DNA of 64,000 nt, from assembly GCA_964531275.1 (NCBI GenBank), contig CAZHDZ010000004.1, forward strand, positions 3,068 to 67,067. The letters run 5' to 3'. This document shows positions 9,031 to 17,905 of this stretch, in pieces (the stretch's first letter is position 1; the number at the start of each line of letters is the position of its first letter). Made by a program: the position numbers and the translations under genes. The stretch comes from an uncultured Gammaproteobacteria bacterium (GTDB taxonomy: Bacteria > Patescibacteriota > Microgenomatia > Levybacterales > GWA1-39-11). The notes below the pieces were generated by a model. It did not search any database. It saw nothing but the letters and a program-made list of their open reading frames with translations, and was not told where the DNA came from.

Positions 9031-9768
9031 CTATACTTTTCTTCTCTTAACAATAAATTTATTGCTATATTTTTTCTTATCTCTTGTTTTTCCAACAGCA
9101 CGTCGACCAGTATAGGTTTTTGGATACTTCAATCCAATGCCGCTTCTACCTTCTCCTCCTCCGTGTGGATGAGACTTTGGATCTTGTGCAACCCCTCTAA
9201 CGGTTGGTCTAATACCCATGTGCCTTTTGGTTCCGGCTTTTCTAAATACCCTATCTTTCCACTCTATGTTTGAAAGCTGGCCAATTGTAGCATAATTATC
9301 GTTCAAAATCCTTCTGATCTCGCCTGAGGGCATTTTGACTTGAACGTATTTTTCTTCTTTAGCAACAATCATTGCTTGATTTCCTGCAGAACGTGCAATT
9401 TGTCCGCCGCGTCCTTTTGTAAGCTCAATATTGTGAACGGGAGTTCCAACTGGAATATTTTTGATTAACATTGCGTTCCCATTTCTTATATCAACTGTCT
9501 CACCTGACACAACTTTGTCACCAAGACTTACATTGGTTGGCCTCAAAATGTATCTTTTTTCCCCATCAGAGTATTGAATGAGCAAAAGATCAACTGAGCG
9601 ATTTGGATCATACTCAATTCCCACTACGACACCTACCATGTCCATTTTGTTTCTCTTAAAGTCAATAACTCTGTAGAATCTTTTTTGTCTTCCACCTTGA
9701 TGTCTCACAACAACACTTCCTGAGTTATTGCGTCCTGAATTTTTCTTTAGAATTACTTTTAATTGCAT
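9031..9768 (-). CDS. rplB: 50S ribosomal protein L2
   Basis: GGGEGRSGIGLKYPKT... and the His-containing C-terminal block. 245 aa. Confidence 0.95.
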   Translation of the reverse strand: MQLKVILKKNSGRNNSGSVVVRHQGGRQKRFYRVIDFKRNKMDMVGVVVGIEYDPNRSVDLLLIQYSDGEKRYILRPTNVSLGDKVVSGETVDIRNGNAMLIKNIPVGTPVHNIELTKGRGGQIARSAGNQAMIVAKEEKYVQVKMPSGEIRRILNDNYATIGQLSNIEWKDRVFRKAGTKRHMGIRPTVRGVAQDPKSHPHGGGEGRSGIGLKYPKTYTGRRAVGKTRDKKKYSNKFIVKRRKV

Positions 9769-9769
9769 A

Positions 9770-10150
9770 CTATTTCTTAGCCTCCTCTTTCTTTACGGTC
9801 TTTTTTGCTTTCTTCTCTTCTTTTGATTTATCTTCTTTCTTACCATCCTGGTTGATTCCTAAGTGTTCATCAAAAATAGCGATCGACTGACCTTTTACAA
9901 GCACAACCCGTGCTTTTTTATCAGCGAACACCTTTACTTTTCGTCCAACTCTTGTATTTTTTGTTGTTGAACCTTTTGTAATATTTGTCATTATCTTTAC
10001 TATTTTTACTTCAAAAACCTCTTCAATAGCCGCTTTAATTTGTGTTTTGTTAGCCTTTTCATTTACTAAAAAGGTATATTTACCCATAACTGCATCCTTC
10101 AATGACTTTTCAGATATGATAGGTTTTATAATAACGTGTTGTGATTGCAT
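9770..10150 (-). CDS. rplW: 50S ribosomal protein L23 (K/E-rich C-terminal tail)
   Basis: L23 core pattern (IIKPIISEKS...KANKTQIKAAIEEVF). C-terminal KEDKSKEEKKAKK tail. Confidence 0.88.
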   Translation of the reverse strand: MQSQHVIIKPIISEKSLKDAVMGKYTFLVNEKANKTQIKAAIEEVFEVKIVKIMTNITKGSTTKNTRVGRKVKVFADKKARVVLVKGQSIAIFDEHLGINQDGKKEDKSKEEKKAKKTVKKEEAKK

Positions 10151-10151
10151 A

Positions 10152-10961
10152 TTAATTTTTTACTAATCTTTTCTCTAATTCTTCGACAGAATTTTTTAAG
10201 AAAATAATATTTTTGCTTACCATAACTATATAGGTAGAAACAGTCGATGCTGTTTCGATCTCAAGACCGCCAATATTATGTGCTCCGCGAGTTGCATTTT
10301 CATTACCATCGGTCACCAAAAGCACTCTTTTTATTTTTCCTTTTGCAGTTAGCTCCATTGCTTTAAAAAGCTTTGCAAATTCTTTTGTCTTTCCTGAGAA
10401 ATCTCCCTCAACAACCCTTATTGCCCCTTCCTGGGCTTTTTGTGACAACGCGCTGATAAGTGCAGCTTTTCTCATTTTCTTCGGAAAATCTAGTCCAAAA
10501 TCATGAGGATGTGGGCCGTGAGCTACGCCTCCTCCAACAAAAATAGGAGCTTTGATTGCTCCATGTCTTGCTCTTCCTGTACCTTTTTGTCTATAAATTT
10601 TTCTCGTTGACCCAATTACTTCTCCTCTTGTTTGGGTGGATGCATTACCTTGCCTTTGATTTGCAAGATAAACTCTTACTGCTTGTGAAATAAGCGCTTT
10701 ATTTGGAATTACTCCAAATATTTCTGATGGTAAAGTCATATTGCCTTTTGCTGCTCCATCTACTCCTACGATTGCAACTTTGACTGATGCTTTAGCTTCT
10801 TTTGAATCAATCCTTCGTGGATTTTTTATATGTAGACCACTTCTATTTTTCATTGTCTTAACAGCTGCTATCTTTTTTGAAGCAACGGGCTTTGCAATTA
10901 CTTTAGCCTCTACCTTCTTCTCAACTACTTTTTTTGTTACTTTTTTCACTGCTTTTTCCAT
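10152..10961 (-). CDS. rplD: 50S ribosomal protein L4 (about 60-aa lysine-rich N-terminal extension)
   Basis: L4 core (GTGRARHGAI...GGGVAHGP). The N-terminus MEKAVKKVTKKVVEKKVEAKV is a low-complexity extension. Confidence 0.9.
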   Translation of the reverse strand: MEKAVKKVTKKVVEKKVEAKVIAKPVASKKIAAVKTMKNRSGLHIKNPRRIDSKEAKASVKVAIVGVDGAAKGNMTLPSEIFGVIPNKALISQAVRVYLANQRQGNASTQTRGEVIGSTRKIYRQKGTGRARHGAIKAPIFVGGGVAHGPHPHDFGLDFPKKMRKAALISALSQKAQEGAIRVVEGDFSGKTKEFAKLFKAMELTAKGKIKRVLLVTDGNENATRGAHNIGGLEIETASTVSTYIVMVSKNIIFLKNSVEELEKRLVKN

Positions 10962-10964
10962 AGA

Positions 10965-11876
10965 TTATTTAACTTCCTCCTTTACTTCTTCTTTTTCCTC
11001 GACTGCTTCAACTGTAGATTCTGCAACTACTGGTTCTTCTTTTGTTTCTACAACTTCCTCTTTTACTTCTTCTGATTGGTTTGCGGTCTGGGAAGCTTCT
11101 TTCTCTGCAATTTCCTCAGCTTTTGCTTCCGCAACAACTTCTGCTTTCATTTCTTCTTGCTCTTCTATAGATGGTCCAATTTCTTCAATTTTTGCCTCCT
11201 CAACAACAGCTTCTTCTGCTACCTCAGTCTTGAAAAGACCTATATGCTTTTTATTTACACCCCGCCTCGTAATTGTAACTATTGAACTTATATGCCCAGG
11301 AACAAGTCCTTTAACAACAAGCACTCCATCCTTAAAGTCGATAACCTCAAGATTTTTAACAGTTACATCTTCTGCACCCATTCTACCGGCCATTCTTTTA
11401 CCCTTGTATACTCTTCCGGGAGTTGTTGACTGTCCAATAGAACCGGGAGCACGATGTCTATCTGACTGACCGTGTGTTTTTGGTCCTCCTTTAAAGTGAT
11501 GCCTTTTGACTACGCCAGCATAACCTTTACCCTTTGATGTACCAGAAACATCAACAATATCTCCAGCTGCTAATACTTCTTCAACAACAACGGAAGAACC
11601 TAATTCCACAGAGTCTATTTTTTCAACTTTTGATTCCTTAAAAAAACGAGGCATTGTTTTGAGCCCCGCTTTTGCTACATGACCTTTGGTTGGCTTGTCT
11701 GCTTTATTATCTGCACCAAAACCTAGCTGAACAGCATCATAGCCATCTTTAGCTGTATTCTTGATCTGGACTACAACATTTGAAGACACATCAATTCTTG
11801 TCATAGGAATTCTTCTTCCGTCCTCCAAAAATCCTTGTGTCTGTCCTAGTTTTTTACCGATTATTGTTGTGAACAT
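10965..11876 (-). CDS. rplC: 50S ribosomal protein L3 with about 100-aa acidic C-terminal tail
   Basis: MFTTIIGKKLGQTQGF is the canonical L3 start (ATG at 11876). The track ORF extends to 11912, but that segment contains a hairpin and is probably leader. The C-terminus after residue ~205 is an E/K/V/A-rich low-complexity tail. Confidence 0.9.
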   Translation of the reverse strand: MFTTIIGKKLGQTQGFLEDGRRIPMTRIDVSSNVVVQIKNTAKDGYDAVQLGFGADNKADKPTKGHVAKAGLKTMPRFFKESKVEKIDSVELGSSVVVEEVLAAGDIVDVSGTSKGKGYAGVVKRHHFKGGPKTHGQSDRHRAPGSIGQSTTPGRVYKGKRMAGRMGAEDVTVKNLEVIDFKDGVLVVKGLVPGHISSIVTITRRGVNKKHIGLFKTEVAEEAVVEEAKIEEIGPSIEEQEEMKAEVVAEAKAEEIAEKEASQTANQSEEVKEEVVETKEEPVVAESTVEAVEEKEEVKEEVK

Positions 11877-11930
11877 ATTTAGATTCAAAAACGCCCGCCT
11901 TGAGCTCGCCAACTACGGCGAGACAGGCAC

Positions 11931-11956
11931 AAAAAAAGCGACTCCTACAGTCGCTT
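11931..11956 (-). terminator. Hairpin plus U-tract (attenuator or terminator-like) in the rplC leader
   Basis: Minus-strand reading: AGCGACU-GUAGG-AGUCGCU (perfect 7-bp stem) followed by UUUUUUU, about 55 nt upstream of the rplC ATG. A second hairpin CTCGCC-N6-GGCGAG lies at 11905..11922. Confidence 0.4.
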
Positions 11957-12423
11957 TTACAATTAGGAATACCTAATTTACATCGCGCTATGTAGTCAAA
12001 CTAACCCTCCTTAAAGTCGTCATTTTGCGTACTGTCAATTATATACGTATTTGAATTCAAATGCAAGAGTTCTAGCCTGATACTTAAATCGAATTCCAGT
12101 GATTAGATCCAAGTGTAAGAGTCCAATTCCTATTCTTAAATCACATTCTTACACTCTCTTAACCAAAAGAAAAGAAAAAAGGAATATTATTGAAAAATAA
12201 CACTATAAAAGAGTTTTTTATCATCTAACCATGAGCAAAATAACTATACTCCGCATAGAAGGACTAAAAGAACACTCCACTAGAGCCTCTCCATAAAAAT
12301 ACGACAGAGAACTGCCCGGATTTAGGAAATATGAAAGATAAGTGCAAAGAGTTTGCTTTCTGAATTTATGAAAAAAAGGAATGAAGAGGCTTCATTTTGA
12401 GTCAGTCAAAATGAAAAGTATCT

Positions 12424-12735
12424 TTACATTTTAATCTCAACATTTACACCTGATGGAAGATCGAGGTGAATGAGATTTTCTATTGTGCTTTCTGTAGGAT
12501 TAATGATATCAATAAGTCTTTTATGAGTCTTTAGCTGAAAATGTTCTCGCGCATCTTTATCAATGAAAGCAGCTTTATTAACAGCAAAAATAGTCCTATT
12601 TGAAGGTAATGGAATAGGACCAACGACCTTTGCACCAGTTCTTAATGCAGTGTCAATGATTTGTTGACAAGTTGAGTCGATGATTCTAGGATCATAACTT
12701 TTCAATTTTACGCGGATGCGTCCTTTTGATGCCAT
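12424..12735 (-). CDS. rpsJ: 30S ribosomal protein S10
   Basis: RIRVKLKSYD...GPIPLP conserved S10 blocks. Confidence 0.93.
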   Translation of the reverse strand: MASKGRIRVKLKSYDPRIIDSTCQQIIDTALRTGAKVVGPIPLPSNRTIFAVNKAAFIDKDAREHFQLKTHKRLIDIINPTESTIENLIHLDLPSGVNVEIKM

Positions 12736-12763
12736 ATATTTTAAATCTAGTGCATTTTAACAC

Positions 12764-12790
12764 AAAAAAACCTGCTCACAAGGTAGCAGG
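12764..12790 (-). terminator. Rho-independent terminator downstream of tuf
   Basis: Minus-strand reading: CCUGCUACCUUGUGAGCAGG hairpin (6-bp GC-rich stem) followed by UUUUUUU. It lies between the tuf stop (12843) and the rpsJ start (12735). Confidence 0.55.
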
Positions 12791-12842
12791 TTCAATTACC
12801 AACGTTCTCATCCTAATTTTCTAATGTGCGATTGATCTCTAA

Positions 12843-14027
12843 TTATTTAGTGATCTTGGTAACAACTCCTGCTCCAACTGTCTTGCCGCCCTCTCGGATA
12901 GCAAATCTCATTCCATCTTCCATAGCTACAGGAACGATAAGTGAAACATTCATTTTTGCATTATCTCCAGGCATAACCATTTCTACACCTTCTTGAAGCT
13001 TGATTTCTCCAGTAACGTCAGTTGTTCTAATGTAGAATTGAGGTCTATATCCTGAGAAGAAAGGTGTGTGTCTTCCGCCTTCTTCTTTGGTAAGAATGTA
13101 GACTTCAGCTTCAAATTCTGTGTGAGGAGTGATAGATCCTGGCTTTGCAAGAACCTGTCCTCTTTCAACATCTTTCTTTTCAACTCCTCTAAGAAGAAGT
13201 CCAGCATTATCTCCTGCTTGTCCCTCGTCAAGTTGTTTTCGGAACATTTCAATTCCGGTTACAATTGTTTTTGATGTAGGCTTGACTCCAACAATTTCTA
13301 GCTCTTCATTAAGCTTTACCACTCCTCTTTCAATTCTTCCTGTTACAACTGTTCCGCGCCCTTTGATTGAGAAAACGTCCTCAACAGGCATAAGGAAAGG
13401 CTTATCGATTGGTCTTTCTGGAGTTGGAATAAATTCATCAACCTTGTCCATAAGATCAAGAATTGCCTGTTCTGCTTCTGGATCACCTTCAATAGCTTTA
13501 AGAGCTGAACCTTTAATGATAGGAGTAGTATCTCCAGGATATTGATATTTAGTCAAAAGTTCTCTTACTTCCATCTCAACAAGCTCCAAAAGTTCTGGAT
13601 CTTGTACCATATCAACTTTATTCATAAATACAACGATTGAAGGCACTCCAACTTGGCGAGCAAGAAGAATATGTTCTCTTGTTTGAGGCATAGGTCCGTC
13701 AGGAGCAGATACAACAAGGATTGCACCGTCCATTTGAGCTGCACCCGTGATCATGTTCTTGATGTAATCAGCATGTCCTGGAGCGTCAATGTGAGCGTAA
13801 TGACGAGTAGCTGTTTCATACTCTTGATGAGAGATATTAATTGTAACTCCTCTTTCTCTTTCTTCAGGAGCATTGTCGATATCTGCGTAATTTCTAGCTT
13901 CTGCTAGCCCCTTTTTTGCAAGCACATGAGTGATTGCTGCAGTTGTAGTGGTTTTACCGTGATCAACGTGACCAATGGTACCAATATTTACGTGTGGTTT
14001 TGTTCTGTCAAATTTTGCTGTTGCCAT
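12843..14027 (-). CDS. tuf: Elongation factor Tu
   Basis: [17 protein letters not shown] and NKVD GTPase motifs. 394 aa. Confidence 0.97.
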   Translation of the reverse strand: MATAKFDRTKPHVNIGTIGHVDHGKTTTTAAITHVLAKKGLAEARNYADIDNAPEERERGVTINISHQEYETATRHYAHIDAPGHADYIKNMITGAAQMDGAILVVSAPDGPMPQTREHILLARQVGVPSIVVFMNKVDMVQDPELLELVEMEVRELLTKYQYPGDTTPIIKGSALKAIEGDPEAEQAILDLMDKVDEFIPTPERPIDKPFLMPVEDVFSIKGRGTVVTGRIERGVVKLNEELEIVGVKPTSKTIVTGIEMFRKQLDEGQAGDNAGLLLRGVEKKDVERGQVLAKPGSITPHTEFEAEVYILTKEEGGRHTPFFSGYRPQFYIRTTDVTGEIKLQEGVEMVMPGDNAKMNVSLIVPVAMEDGMRFAIREGGKTVGAGVVTKITK

Positions 14028-14071
14028 ATAGTTTTGCCAAAAATAAACACCTGTTTTTTAGGTGTGAAAGA

Positions 14072-14100
14072 ATAATACAATATGTTTTTTCGTGCGTCAA
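14072..14100 (-). promoter_or_regulatory. Putative sigma70-type promoter for tuf
   Basis: Minus-strand reading: TTGACG - 17 nt - TATTAT. Downstream of it, a hairpin ACACCU-AAAAAAC-AGGUGU with a U-tract lies in the leader (14047..14065). Confidence 0.45.
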
Positions 14101-14141
14101 TACCCAATTTTGGGGTAAATTATGTTTGATATACTGTTGAG

Positions 14142-14762
14142 ATGAAAGTTTACTTCGTAAGACATGGACAGACAGAATTCAATGCAAACGATCAATATCA
14201 GCCTTTGGACTCGAGTTTATCTGCAAAAGGCAGACAGCAGGCACAATTTGTAGCAAAAAGGCTTACGGATATACAAATTGACATTATCCTCTCAAGCAAC
14301 TTGAGACGCGCCGTTCAAACTGCTGAAATAATAAATGAAGAACTTCAAAAAGAGCATATTCAACTCCAAGAATTACGCGAAGCCAAACGTCCCTCTACTT
14401 TTATTGGCAAAAATAAAACAGACCATTTCGTTATAGACGTTCTATCTCATATAGAAGACCGAGCAGAAGATCCTTTGTGGCATTATTCGGACGAAGAAAA
14501 TTTTTCAGAAGTTAAATCTCGTGCAATAGGAGCCCTCCACATGATCGCAGATAGAAATGAAAGTCATGTCCTGGTAGTAACGCACGGCGAATTCTTACGT
14601 TTTATCTTAGGAATTCTCCTTATAGGGGAAAGTCTAACATTTCCAGAATACCGACATATTCAAAACGTACTAAAAACTACTAACACTGGCATAACAGTTT
14701 GTCACTATGAAAAAAATGAGTGGAAACTCTTAACATGGAATGATCATGCACACTTACCTTGA
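14142..14762 (+). CDS. Histidine phosphatase superfamily protein (phosphoglycerate mutase-like)
   Basis: N-terminal VYFVRHGQTEFN (RHG catalytic motif). 206 aa. Confidence 0.8.
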   Translation: MKVYFVRHGQTEFNANDQYQPLDSSLSAKGRQQAQFVAKRLTDIQIDIILSSNLRRAVQTAEIINEELQKEHIQLQELREAKRPSTFIGKNKTDHFVIDVLSHIEDRAEDPLWHYSDEENFSEVKSRAIGALHMIADRNESHVLVVTHGEFLRFILGILLIGESLTFPEYRHIQNVLKTTNTGITVCHYEKNEWKLLTWNDHAHLP

Positions 14763-14828
14763 TATGACATCTTCAAAGATGTCTACTTTAGTATTTCGGA
14801 GCTTACTTTAAGATCGTATAATTGGGCA

Positions 14829-15833
14829 ATGTTTTTTATTACTCTTATTGGATTTGGTCTTGCAGCCTTCATCATAGTATTCCTCTATCAACTTATACTT
14901 ACGCACCCGATGGCACTATGGGAAAGAGGAGCCTTCTTTTTTATAGTAACCGGAATTTTAATTACCTCAGCATATATTAGGCTTCAATATATAGAAAGTG
15001 ATACTTTGGAGGCTAAAGTACTAAAGCCCATAGCCTCTCCTATTCAAAAAAGTATAGAAGCAGTAGATACCTTTAGTGAATCGAAAGAGCTTGAAGAAAT
15101 TATTCTTCCATTGATTGAGAATGAACAAGGAACCTACTCTGTAGTAATAAGAAATCTCAAGACAGGAACCCACTATAACTATAAAGAAAGAGAAGTCTAC
15201 TCTTCTGCCAGCCTCTATAAGCTTTGGACCATGGCAACAGTATTTCAGCAAGTAAAAGATAACAAGCTAACTCTAGACAAACCCATTTCTGCAGATATCG
15301 CGATGCTTAATAAAGCATTTGACCTTGGAGAGGATGCAGAGCTATCAGAAGGAACTATTTCAAATACTGTTGAGGGTGCTATTGAGCAAATGATAACTAT
15401 TTCTCACAATTACTCAGCCATTCTCCTTACTTATACGGTAAAAAATTCTTCTGTAAAGCAATTCCTTCTCAATTATCACCTTACTGACTCAAAAACTGGA
15501 TCGCCACCCACAACAACTGCAAATGATATAGCCGATTACTACGAAATGCTCTATAAAAGAGAACTTATTACAAAAGACTTCTCAAATCAGATGATAGAAA
15601 TACTGAAAAGACAAAAACTTAACGACAGGATACCTAAGTATTTACCCGCAGGAGCACCTATTGCCCACAAGACGGGAGAATTGGGAGGAGTAAAACACGA
15701 TGCTGGAATTGTATTTTCGGAAAAGGGAGATTATATAGTTGTACTGATGTCGAATACTAATGCACCACTTAAAGCTGCTGAAGTAGAAGCCAATATCTCA
15801 AAAGTGGTATGGGAATATTTTAACCGATTATAA
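14829..15833 (+). CDS. Membrane-anchored serine hydrolase, class A beta-lactamase-like fold
   Basis: N-terminal TM helix. SxxK (SASLYK), an SDN-like triad (SHN) and KTG (HKTGE) in the expected order and spacing. Confidence 0.55.
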   Translation: MFFITLIGFGLAAFIIVFLYQLILTHPMALWERGAFFFIVTGILITSAYIRLQYIESDTLEAKVLKPIASPIQKSIEAVDTFSESKELEEIILPLIENEQGTYSVVIRNLKTGTHYNYKEREVYSSASLYKLWTMATVFQQVKDNKLTLDKPISADIAMLNKAFDLGEDAELSEGTISNTVEGAIEQMITISHNYSAILLTYTVKNSSVKQFLLNYHLTDSKTGSPPTTTANDIADYYEMLYKRELITKDFSNQMIEILKRQKLNDRIPKYLPAGAPIAHKTGELGGVKHDAGIVFSEKGDYIVVLMSNTNAPLKAAEVEANISKVVWEYFNRL

Positions 15834-15860
15834 AACTGATATAGTTGATCATATTGACTG

Positions 15861-15876
15861 GTGAACGATTGTTCAC
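15861..15876. promoter_or_regulatory. LexA (Cheo-type) SOS box GTGAAC-GATT-GTTCAC
   Basis: Perfect GAAC-N4-GTTC inverted repeat about 190 bp upstream of lexA. It overlaps a candidate -35 TTGACT (15854..15859). Confidence 0.6.
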
Positions 15877-16065
15877 TAAGATTACTTTTGTAAGCTTTAA
15901 TCTCAAAACTAGCAACACTAATATATAAGGTTAGGCTAGGTTTATATTAACTCTTGCTCATTAAAAACTCTTACCACAGTTACTTTCACCAGTTTTTGGT
16001 GAATATAAAACAAAACCCTGGTGAGAGCTTTTGGTACTTTTCTCGGCAGAAAAGTAAAAAAACAT

Positions 16066-16626
16066 ATGAAAGAAACATACATCACTGATTTACAAAGCTT
16101 CTACAAGAAAAATAAGAGACTCCCCTCTTACTCTGAAATGCTAGCCCTATTTGGATTGGCTTCAAAAAATGCAATCCATAAAATTATTAAAAAACTTATT
16201 GAGCAGGGTTATTTAGACAAAATTGCCGGGAAGTTAGCGCCCAGCAATTCTTTCTTCCAAATCCCCCTGTTGGGGTCTGTAAAAGCAGGATTCCCAACGG
16301 GGGCTGAAGAAGACCTCAATTTCATGTCTTTAGACGAATATCTTGTAGATAAGCCTGGATCTTCTTTTATGCTGAGAGTGGCAGGAGACTCTCTTGAAGG
16401 AATAGGTATATATAAAGAGGATATCGTAATTCTGGAAAAAGCAAAATCGGCCAATAGAGGGGAAATTGTACTTGCTCTTATTGATGGAGAGTGGACTTTA
16501 AAAATTATCGAGAAAATCGAAGGCAAAGTGGTTCTCCGATCTGCAAATCCCAAATACCCTGACTTTTATCCTCATTTAAGCTTAGAAATTTTCGGAATTG
16601 TCAAAAGCGTTGTTAGAAAGTACTAA
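16066..16626 (+). CDS. lexA: LexA repressor (S24 peptidase)
   Basis: Winged-helix N-terminus. Autocleavage site VKAG (Ala-Gly), Ser nucleophile in GDSL and Lys in GEWTLK. The track ORF starts at a GTG at 16021. ATG at 16066 (MKETYITD) is the more typical start. Confidence 0.85.
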   Translation: MKETYITDLQSFYKKNKRLPSYSEMLALFGLASKNAIHKIIKKLIEQGYLDKIAGKLAPSNSFFQIPLLGSVKAGFPTGAEEDLNFMSLDEYLVDKPGSSFMLRVAGDSLEGIGIYKEDIVILEKAKSANRGEIVLALIDGEWTLKIIEKIEGKVVLRSANPKYPDFYPHLSLEIFGIVKSVVRKY

Positions 16627-16678
16627 AGTATGGTTAAAAAAAGTCTAAGTCTTATAAGAAGGTTCTTCAAAATGTATT

Positions 16679-17905
16679 ATGATCACCTCATGGCCTGAAG
16701 CAGTCCTCTGTCTAGACGGTGATGCTTTTTTTGCCTCAGTTACCCAAGCCGTACACCCAGAATTAAAAGGTAAGCCTGTAGTTACTGGTTGGGAAAGAGG
16801 AATTGCAACTGCTGTCAGCTACGAAGCGAGAGCTTTAGGAGTAACTCGAGGTATGCGGTGTTGGGAAATAAAAAAACAATTTCCAACTGTCGTAATTACT
16901 ACTTCTGACTACCGCATCTACCATCTATTCTCCGAAAAAATGTTCACTGTTATGCGAAAATACTCTCCGTGCGTTGAAGTCTACTCTGTCGATGAAGGCT
17001 TTGCAGACCTCAAAGGCATGCGCCGCCCCTTACACATGAGCTATGAACAGATCGCTGCTACAATAAAACAAGAAATTGAAAAGTCTCTTGGTATTACAGT
17101 CTCTTTGGGGATCTCCGTAACCAAATCTTTGGCAAAACTTGCCGTTAATAAAAATAAGCCGTCAGGATTAACTGTCTGTGAAGGAAGAAATATAGACAAC
17201 CTCCTCAGAGATACAGAGATAAGCAAGGTCTGGGGAATTGGTCACCAATCAACAGCGCTTCTTAACAAGCTCGGCGTAACAACAGCTTTTGACTTTGCTC
17301 ATAAGTCAGAAGCTTTTATAAAGCAGTATTTCTCAAAACCCTTCCATGAGATTTGGCGCGAGCTTAATGGAGAAATGGTATACGCTGTTAATCCTGATGC
17401 AAAACGTGAATATAAGTCTATAACCCGCTCCCAAACAGTCACCCCTGCAACTAATGACCACGATATTCTTTGGGCACGAATGCTAGGACACGTTGAAGAT
17501 TCTTTTTTCAAAGCGAGAAATTATAATTACGCTGTTAAAAGAGTTTTTATTTACCTGAAGGACCAGTCTTTTCATCACCACGGTATAGAAATAAAACTCC
17601 CCGAAGCAACCTCATATCCTATGGTTATAAGAAAAGAACTTAAAGAAGGATTTGAAAAAATATACAAAAAAAATGTTGCTTTTCGAGCAACGGGCGCAAC
17701 AATTTATGAGTTCTCCGAAAATAAGCAAAAACAAGCTTCTCTATTTTTTGGAAATTCAGATATGGAAGCAAAAGCTAAAAAGCTTTACCCCTCAATTGAA
17801 TCTAAAAAAGTAGATTTTGGAACAAGCCTTTTTGATAGCGATCGGCTAATACGCAAGAAAAAGGAAATCAAGTTATCACTCCCCTTCTTATCTCGCCTAG
17901 AATAG
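16679..17905 (+). CDS. dinB: Y-family DNA polymerase (DinB/Pol IV-like)
   Basis: CLDGDAFFASV (the DMDAFFAS catalytic motif) and SVDEGFADL. 408 aa. Immediately downstream of lexA. Confidence 0.85.
   Translation: MITSWPEAVLCLDGDAFFASVTQAVHPELKGKPVVTGWERGIATAVSYEARALGVTRGMRCWEIKKQFPTVVITTSDYRIYHLFSEKMFTVMRKYSPCVEVYSVDEGFADLKGMRRPLHMSYEQIAATIKQEIEKSLGITVSLGISVTKSLAKLAVNKNKPSGLTVCEGRNIDNLLRDTEISKVWGIGHQSTALLNKLGVTTAFDFAHKSEAFIKQYFSKPFHEIWRELNGEMVYAVNPDAKREYKSITRSQTVTPATNDHDILWARMLGHVEDSFFKARNYNYAVKRVFIYLKDQSFHHHGIEIKLPEATSYPMVIRKELKEGFEKIYKKNVAFRATGATIYEFSENKQKQASLFFGNSDMEAKAKKLYPSIESKKVDFGTSLFDSDRLIRKKKEIKLSLPFLSRLE

Noticed and set aside
10741-11469. 242-aa plus-strand ORF (S/T/A/F-rich) antisense to rplD/rplC
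   Set aside because: It lies entirely within the confidently assigned L4/L3 genes on the opposite strand. Its product is low-complexity and it arises from the antisense of lysine/glutamate-rich codon repeats.
11913-12423. Looked for a tRNA, tmRNA, RNase P or SRP RNA in the rpsJ-rplC spacer and other gaps (14028..14141, 35369..35535, 39521..39618, 43097..43169, 43992..44120)
   Set aside because: No GTTCGAATC-type T-loop, CCA-proximal acceptor stem, or other diagnostic conserved block could be found by eye. This cannot be excluded without a covariance-model scan.
13129-13545. 138-aa plus-strand ORF and neighbouring small ORFs inside tuf
   Set aside because: Antisense to EF-Tu, one of the best-supported genes in the window.
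16209-16553. 114-aa minus-strand ORF inside lexA
   Set aside because: Antisense to a gene with all LexA catalytic motifs intact.
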